Assembly: GCA_000175855.1 (NCBI GenBank)
Contig: ACYB01000012.1
Location: forward strand, 1-11,280
DNA from: Raphidiopsis brookii D9
GTDB lineage: Bacteria > Cyanobacteriota > Cyanobacteriia > Cyanobacteriales > Nostocaceae
DNA length: 11,280 nt
Direction: 5' to 3'
Position numbers and translations under genes: made by a program. The notes beneath the pieces are model-generated. The model was not told the origin of the DNA and ran no database searches. It saw nothing but the letters and a program-made list of their open reading frames with translations. Every line of letters begins with the position of its first letter. Positions within the stretch are counted from its first letter, which is position 1. Of this stretch, positions 8,181 through 11,280 are shown piece after piece.

Positions 8181-9091
8181 CGCTCTTGGGTAATTACTAT
8201 CTGTAAATAGGATAATCCTAAAATGATCAGGAATAGGACTAATCCAATAGTACAAGCGTACGTCAATTGTAGATTACTAAATGCTTGCTCATATAGGTAA
8301 TAAACAATTGTTTTAGAGCTATTGAGAGGTCCACCACCGGTCATAATATAAACTTCCTCAAACACTTTAGTAGCGGAAATAGCGGAAATGACTGCTACTA
8401 GAGCTAAATAAGGACGCATTAGAGGAATAGTAATGTCTATATGTTGACTAATACCTTCAGAACCGTCAATAGCAGCAGCTTCATAAATGTCTTCGGGAAT
8501 AGATTGTAACCCAGCTAGATAAATAACCATGTAATATCCCAAACCCTTCCAAATAGTCACAACCATGACGCTGGCCAGGGAAATGGGTACAATTCCTAAG
8601 ATTTTATCTGGACTGGTTAACCAGGGAATCCCATCGGGAAAGATACCCAAGGTTTTGATTAATTGATTTAATAAACCATTTTCTGCATATAACCATTTCC
8701 AAGCAATACCAGCAACTACCATAGAAATTACTACGGGTGTGTAATAAGCAGTTCTAAACCAGCTCATTCCCCGTAATTTTTGATTCACTAAAATTGCTAA
8801 AATTAAGGGTAGAATAACTAGGATTGGTACAACTCCCACTAGGTAAACAACAGTATTAACTAAGGTTAGCCAGAATATGGGGTCATGCCACAACTTGACA
8901 AAGTTGTCAATACCTATAAATTTGGGAGACTCACCAATATCTTGATAGCTGGTAAAGCTCAGGTAAAAAGCTTGCAGTGCAGGTACAAAAACGGTTAAGC
9001 TTAGCAAAAACAAAGCAGGTATTAAAAAGAAATAGGGGGTCAGTTTTTGTTTGATCCTATTCCAGGTCTTGAATGTTAGTTGATTGGTCAT
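8177..9091 (-). CDS. Carbohydrate ABC transporter permease (MalF/UgpA/LacF type, binding-protein-dependent transport inner-membrane component), 304 aa
   Basis: The N-terminus ...KLTPYFFLIPALFLLSLTVFVPALQAFYLSFT is typical of sugar-type ABC permeases, and there are about six hydrophobic segments. The EAA loop EAAAIDGSEGISQHIDITIPLMRP matches EAA-x3-G-x9-I-x-LP. Confidence 0.9.
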   Translation of the reverse strand: MTNQLTFKTWNRIKQKLTPYFFLIPALFLLSLTVFVPALQAFYLSFTSYQDIGESPKFIGIDNFVKLWHDPIFWLTLVNTVVYLVGVVPILVILPLILAILVNQKLRGMSWFRTAYYTPVVISMVVAGIAWKWLYAENGLLNQLIKTLGIFPDGIPWLTSPDKILGIVPISLASVMVVTIWKGLGYYMVIYLAGLQSIPEDIYEAAAIDGSEGISQHIDITIPLMRPYLALVAVISAISATKVFEEVYIMTGGGPLNSSKTIVYYLYEQAFSNLQLTYACTIGLVLFLIILGLSYLQIVITQER

Positions 9092-9315
9092 GGTTTTGTT
9101 ACTATTGTCAATCAGGATTTAACTATGTTTAAGTTTCCTATAGGTTGTGTATAGATTTCCGATTCTGGATTAATTGTAGTAAGATTTAATCGCAGTGATG
9201 CTGATTAGATGAGGAATAGATTGATTCATGGACATTGATATAGTAATCACTAAAAGAGTTAGCTGCTTAACTTACCATTATTTCCCAGATAGATCCCAAC
9301 AATCCTGAAATCCAC

Positions 9316-11085
9316 ATGTCCCAATTAAGAGATTCTCTGCGTCGCACCAAAATCGTTGCTACCATCGGACCTGCTACCAGCAGTCCAGAAATGCTAAAAG
9401 CTATTATTGAAGCTGGAGCAACCACTCTAAGATTAAATTTTTCCCATGGCACCCACACTGATCATCAGCGTAGTATTCGTTTGATTAGACAAACTGCTTT
9501 TGAGCTAAACAGACCAGTGGCAATTTTGCAAGATTTACAAGGGCCTAAGATTCGCTTAGGTAAATTTGATAATGGTTTTATCATGCTATCCAAAGGCGAT
9601 CGCTTTACTCTAACAAATCGTCCAGTAGTGGGGAATGAGGAAATTAGCTGTGTCACCTATGATTATTTAGCAGAGGAAGTGCCAATTGGGTCAAAAATTC
9701 TCCTTGATGATGGTCGAGTAGAAATGGTGGTGGAAGAAATTAACCGTGACAAAGGAGATTTACATTGTCGAGTCACAGTTGCTGGTAAACTTTCTAACAA
9801 TAAAGGGGTAAACTTTCCCGGAGTTTATTTGTCTATTAAAGCCATGACCGACAAGGATCGAGAGGACCTGATGTTTGGTTTAGATCAGGGAGTGGATTGG
9901 GTGGCTCTGTCCTTTGTGCGTAATCCCCAAGACATTATAGAAATCAAAGAATTAATTTCCAGCACTGGTAAGAATGTGCCCGTAGTTGCCAAGATTGAGA
10001 AACACGAAGCCATAGAACAAATGGAAGAAGTTCTTTCCTTGTGCGATGGAGTAATGGTTGCTAGGGGTGATTTAGGGGTGGAACTACCTGCAGAAGATGT
10101 TCCCGTACTACAAAAGCGATTAATTGCCACAGCTAATCGTTTAGGCATTCCTATTATCACTGCTACTCAAATGTTAGATAGCATGGTCAGTAATCCTCGT
10201 CCAACTCGTGCTGAAGTATCCGACGTTGCCAACGCGATTTTAGATGGCACAGATGCAGTAATGCTTTCCAATGAGACTGCGGTAGGTAACTATCCAGTAG
10301 AAGCAGTAGCTACTATGGCTAGAATAGCAGAGCGTATTGAACAGGAACAGATAAATACCAGTTCCCGTTTAGGAAAAGATGATAAACGTTCTATTCCTAA
10401 TGCTATTAGTCAAGCTGTGGGACAGATTGCCGAGAACTTAGGTGCAGCAGCAATTATGACCTTGACCCAAACGGGAGCAACTGCGCGTAATGTTTCTAAA
10501 TACCGTCCGAAAACGCCTATTTTAGCTATTACACCTCATGTAAACGTAGCTAGACAATTACAAATGGTTTGGGGTGTTAGACCTTTACTGGTATTGGACT
10601 TACCTTCCACTGGTCAAACATTCCAAGCTGCCATTAACGTAGCCCAGGAAAAAAGGCTCTTGAGTGAGGGAGATTTGGTCGTAATGACTGCAGGTACATT
10701 GCAGGGAGTTTCTGGGTCTACAGACCTAATTAAAGTGGAAGTAGTCACGGCTATATTAGGTCAAGGAATTGGTTTAGGGCAGGGTTCTGTTAGTGGTCGT
10801 GCAAGAGTTGTGCGCAATGGTATGGACGCGACCAATTTCAGTCAAGGAGACATTTTAGTGGCATCCAGCACTGGAGCAGACTGTGTGGAGGCAATCCGTA
10901 AAGCTAGTGGTATTATTACGGAGGAAGAGAGTTTGAATAGTCATGCTGCTGTAATTGGATTGAGATTGGGAGTACCGGTAATAGTGGGTGTCAAGCAAGC
11001 GACCCAAGTAATAAAAGATGGGACAATTTTGACCTTAGATATGCAACGGGGATTAGTCTATTCTGGTGCGGTGGGGACAAGGTAA
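9316..11085 (+). CDS. pyk: Pyruvate kinase, long form with a C-terminal PEP-utilizer mobile ('swivel') domain, 589 aa
   Basis: PK motifs are present: TKIVATIGPA, LNFSHG, AKIEKHEA, MVARGDLGVELP, ATQMLDSM, MLSNETAVGNYP. Residues ~478-589 form an extra domain (GRARVV...GDILVASSTGADCVEAIRKASGIITEEESLNSHAAVIGLRLGVPVIVG) that resembles the phosphohistidine domain of PPDK/PtsI. Confidence 0.96.
   Translation: MSQLRDSLRRTKIVATIGPATSSPEMLKAIIEAGATTLRLNFSHGTHTDHQRSIRLIRQTAFELNRPVAILQDLQGPKIRLGKFDNGFIMLSKGDRFTLTNRPVVGNEEISCVTYDYLAEEVPIGSKILLDDGRVEMVVEEINRDKGDLHCRVTVAGKLSNNKGVNFPGVYLSIKAMTDKDREDLMFGLDQGVDWVALSFVRNPQDIIEIKELISSTGKNVPVVAKIEKHEAIEQMEEVLSLCDGVMVARGDLGVELPAEDVPVLQKRLIATANRLGIPIITATQMLDSMVSNPRPTRAEVSDVANAILDGTDAVMLSNETAVGNYPVEAVATMARIAERIEQEQINTSSRLGKDDKRSIPNAISQAVGQIAENLGAAAIMTLTQTGATARNVSKYRPKTPILAITPHVNVARQLQMVWGVRPLLVLDLPSTGQTFQAAINVAQEKRLLSEGDLVVMTAGTLQGVSGSTDLIKVEVVTAILGQGIGLGQGSVSGRARVVRNGMDATNFSQGDILVASSTGADCVEAIRKASGIITEEESLNSHAAVIGLRLGVPVIVGVKQATQVIKDGTILTLDMQRGLVYSGAVGTR
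9596..9603. repeat. HIP1 octamer GCGATCGC
   Basis: Exact palindromic octamer read in the sequence, inside pyk. Confidence 0.9.
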
Positions 11086-11124
11086 ACATGCTCTATTAAA
11101 ATTATAAGAAAGTCCACTAAATAC

Positions 11125-11280
11125 ATGAGCCAAGAAGTAACCCTAAAAAATTTGCCGTTAGGGATAAACACGCTAGATAAACTGCGTGGTAGTAATTGTG
11201 TCTATGTGGACAAAACGCCTTTCGCATTAAAATTGATTAAGCAACCTGGAGCGTTTTTTTTGTCGCGACCTAGACGCTTC
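11125..11280 (+). CDS. AAA-ATPase-like domain protein (PF09820-type; family usually fused to a PD-(D/E)XK nuclease domain). Only the N-terminal 52 codons are visible; the gene runs off the right window edge.
   Basis: My own translation from ATG 11125 gives MSQEVTLKNLPLGINTLDKLRGSNCVYVDKTPFALKLIKQPGAFFLSRPRRF..., open to the window end. The pattern (lPiG-x-x-x-F/L-x-x-lR...YVDKT-x-f-x-x-Li...FLSRPRRFGKS) is the characteristic N-terminus of the 'predicted AAA-ATPase' family. The GKS that should follow RRF lies beyond the window. Confidence 0.65.
   Translation, partial: MSQEVTLKNLPLGINTLDKLRGSNCVYVDKTPFALKLIKQPGAFFLSRPRRF

Noticed and set aside
9217-9244. Candidate pyk promoter TAGATT-16 nt-TATAGT in the 224-bp divergent intergenic region
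   Set aside because: The -35 matches only 3 of 6 positions, and the region is so AT-rich that several equally good hexamer pairs exist. I found no NtcA-type GTA-N8-TAC site either. It is too weak to annotate.
9267-10160. Three antisense ORFs (9267..9458, 9465..9656, 9885..10160) opposite pyk, one of which spans the pyk start
   Set aside because: They have no motifs and overlap a highly conserved CDS. ORF 9267..9458 would have to begin inside pyk and read out into the promoter region, and it has no coding-like features.
1-11280. Scan for CRISPR arrays, tRNA/rRNA genes, toxin-antitoxin pairs, defence operons or biosynthetic clusters
   Set aside because: There are no periodic direct repeats with spacers, no RNA-gene signatures, and no small paired ORFs in the intergenic gaps (185..491, 2463..2600, 9092..9315, 11086..11124). 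All large ORFs have ordinary housekeeping identities, so I cannot support a novel multi-gene system within this window.

Overview
This is an AT-rich cyanobacterial chromosomal window. Four perfect HIP1 octamers (GCGATCGC) and the gene content suggest a filamentous, Nostocales-type genome; that assignment is an inference and was not searched. The centre is ordinary housekeeping: acs (acetyl-CoA synthetase, 492..2462 +); a giant 1859-aa TamB/TIC236-like AsmA-family envelope protein (2601..8180 +); a lone MalF/UgpA-type sugar ABC permease (8177..9091 -), whose stop overlaps the TamB-like stop by 4 bp; and a long-form pyruvate kinase with a C-terminal PEP-utilizer 'swivel' domain (9316..11085 +). 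Two accessory genes are cut by the window edges and are absent from the supplied ORF track. The first is the 5' end of an IS607-type MerR-HTH/serine-recombinase transposase (1..184 -), preceded by a promoter-like region that contains a perfect dyad. The second is the 5' end of a PF09820-type 'AAA-ATPase-like' protein (11125..11280 +), from a family that usually carries a PD-(D/E)XK nuclease domain. I found no CRISPR array, tRNA/rRNA gene, convincing intrinsic terminator, or self-contained novel multi-gene system inside the window. The parts most worth following up are the two truncated edge genes and the internal architecture of the TamB-like giant. All antisense ORFs in the track look like shadow ORFs of the real genes.
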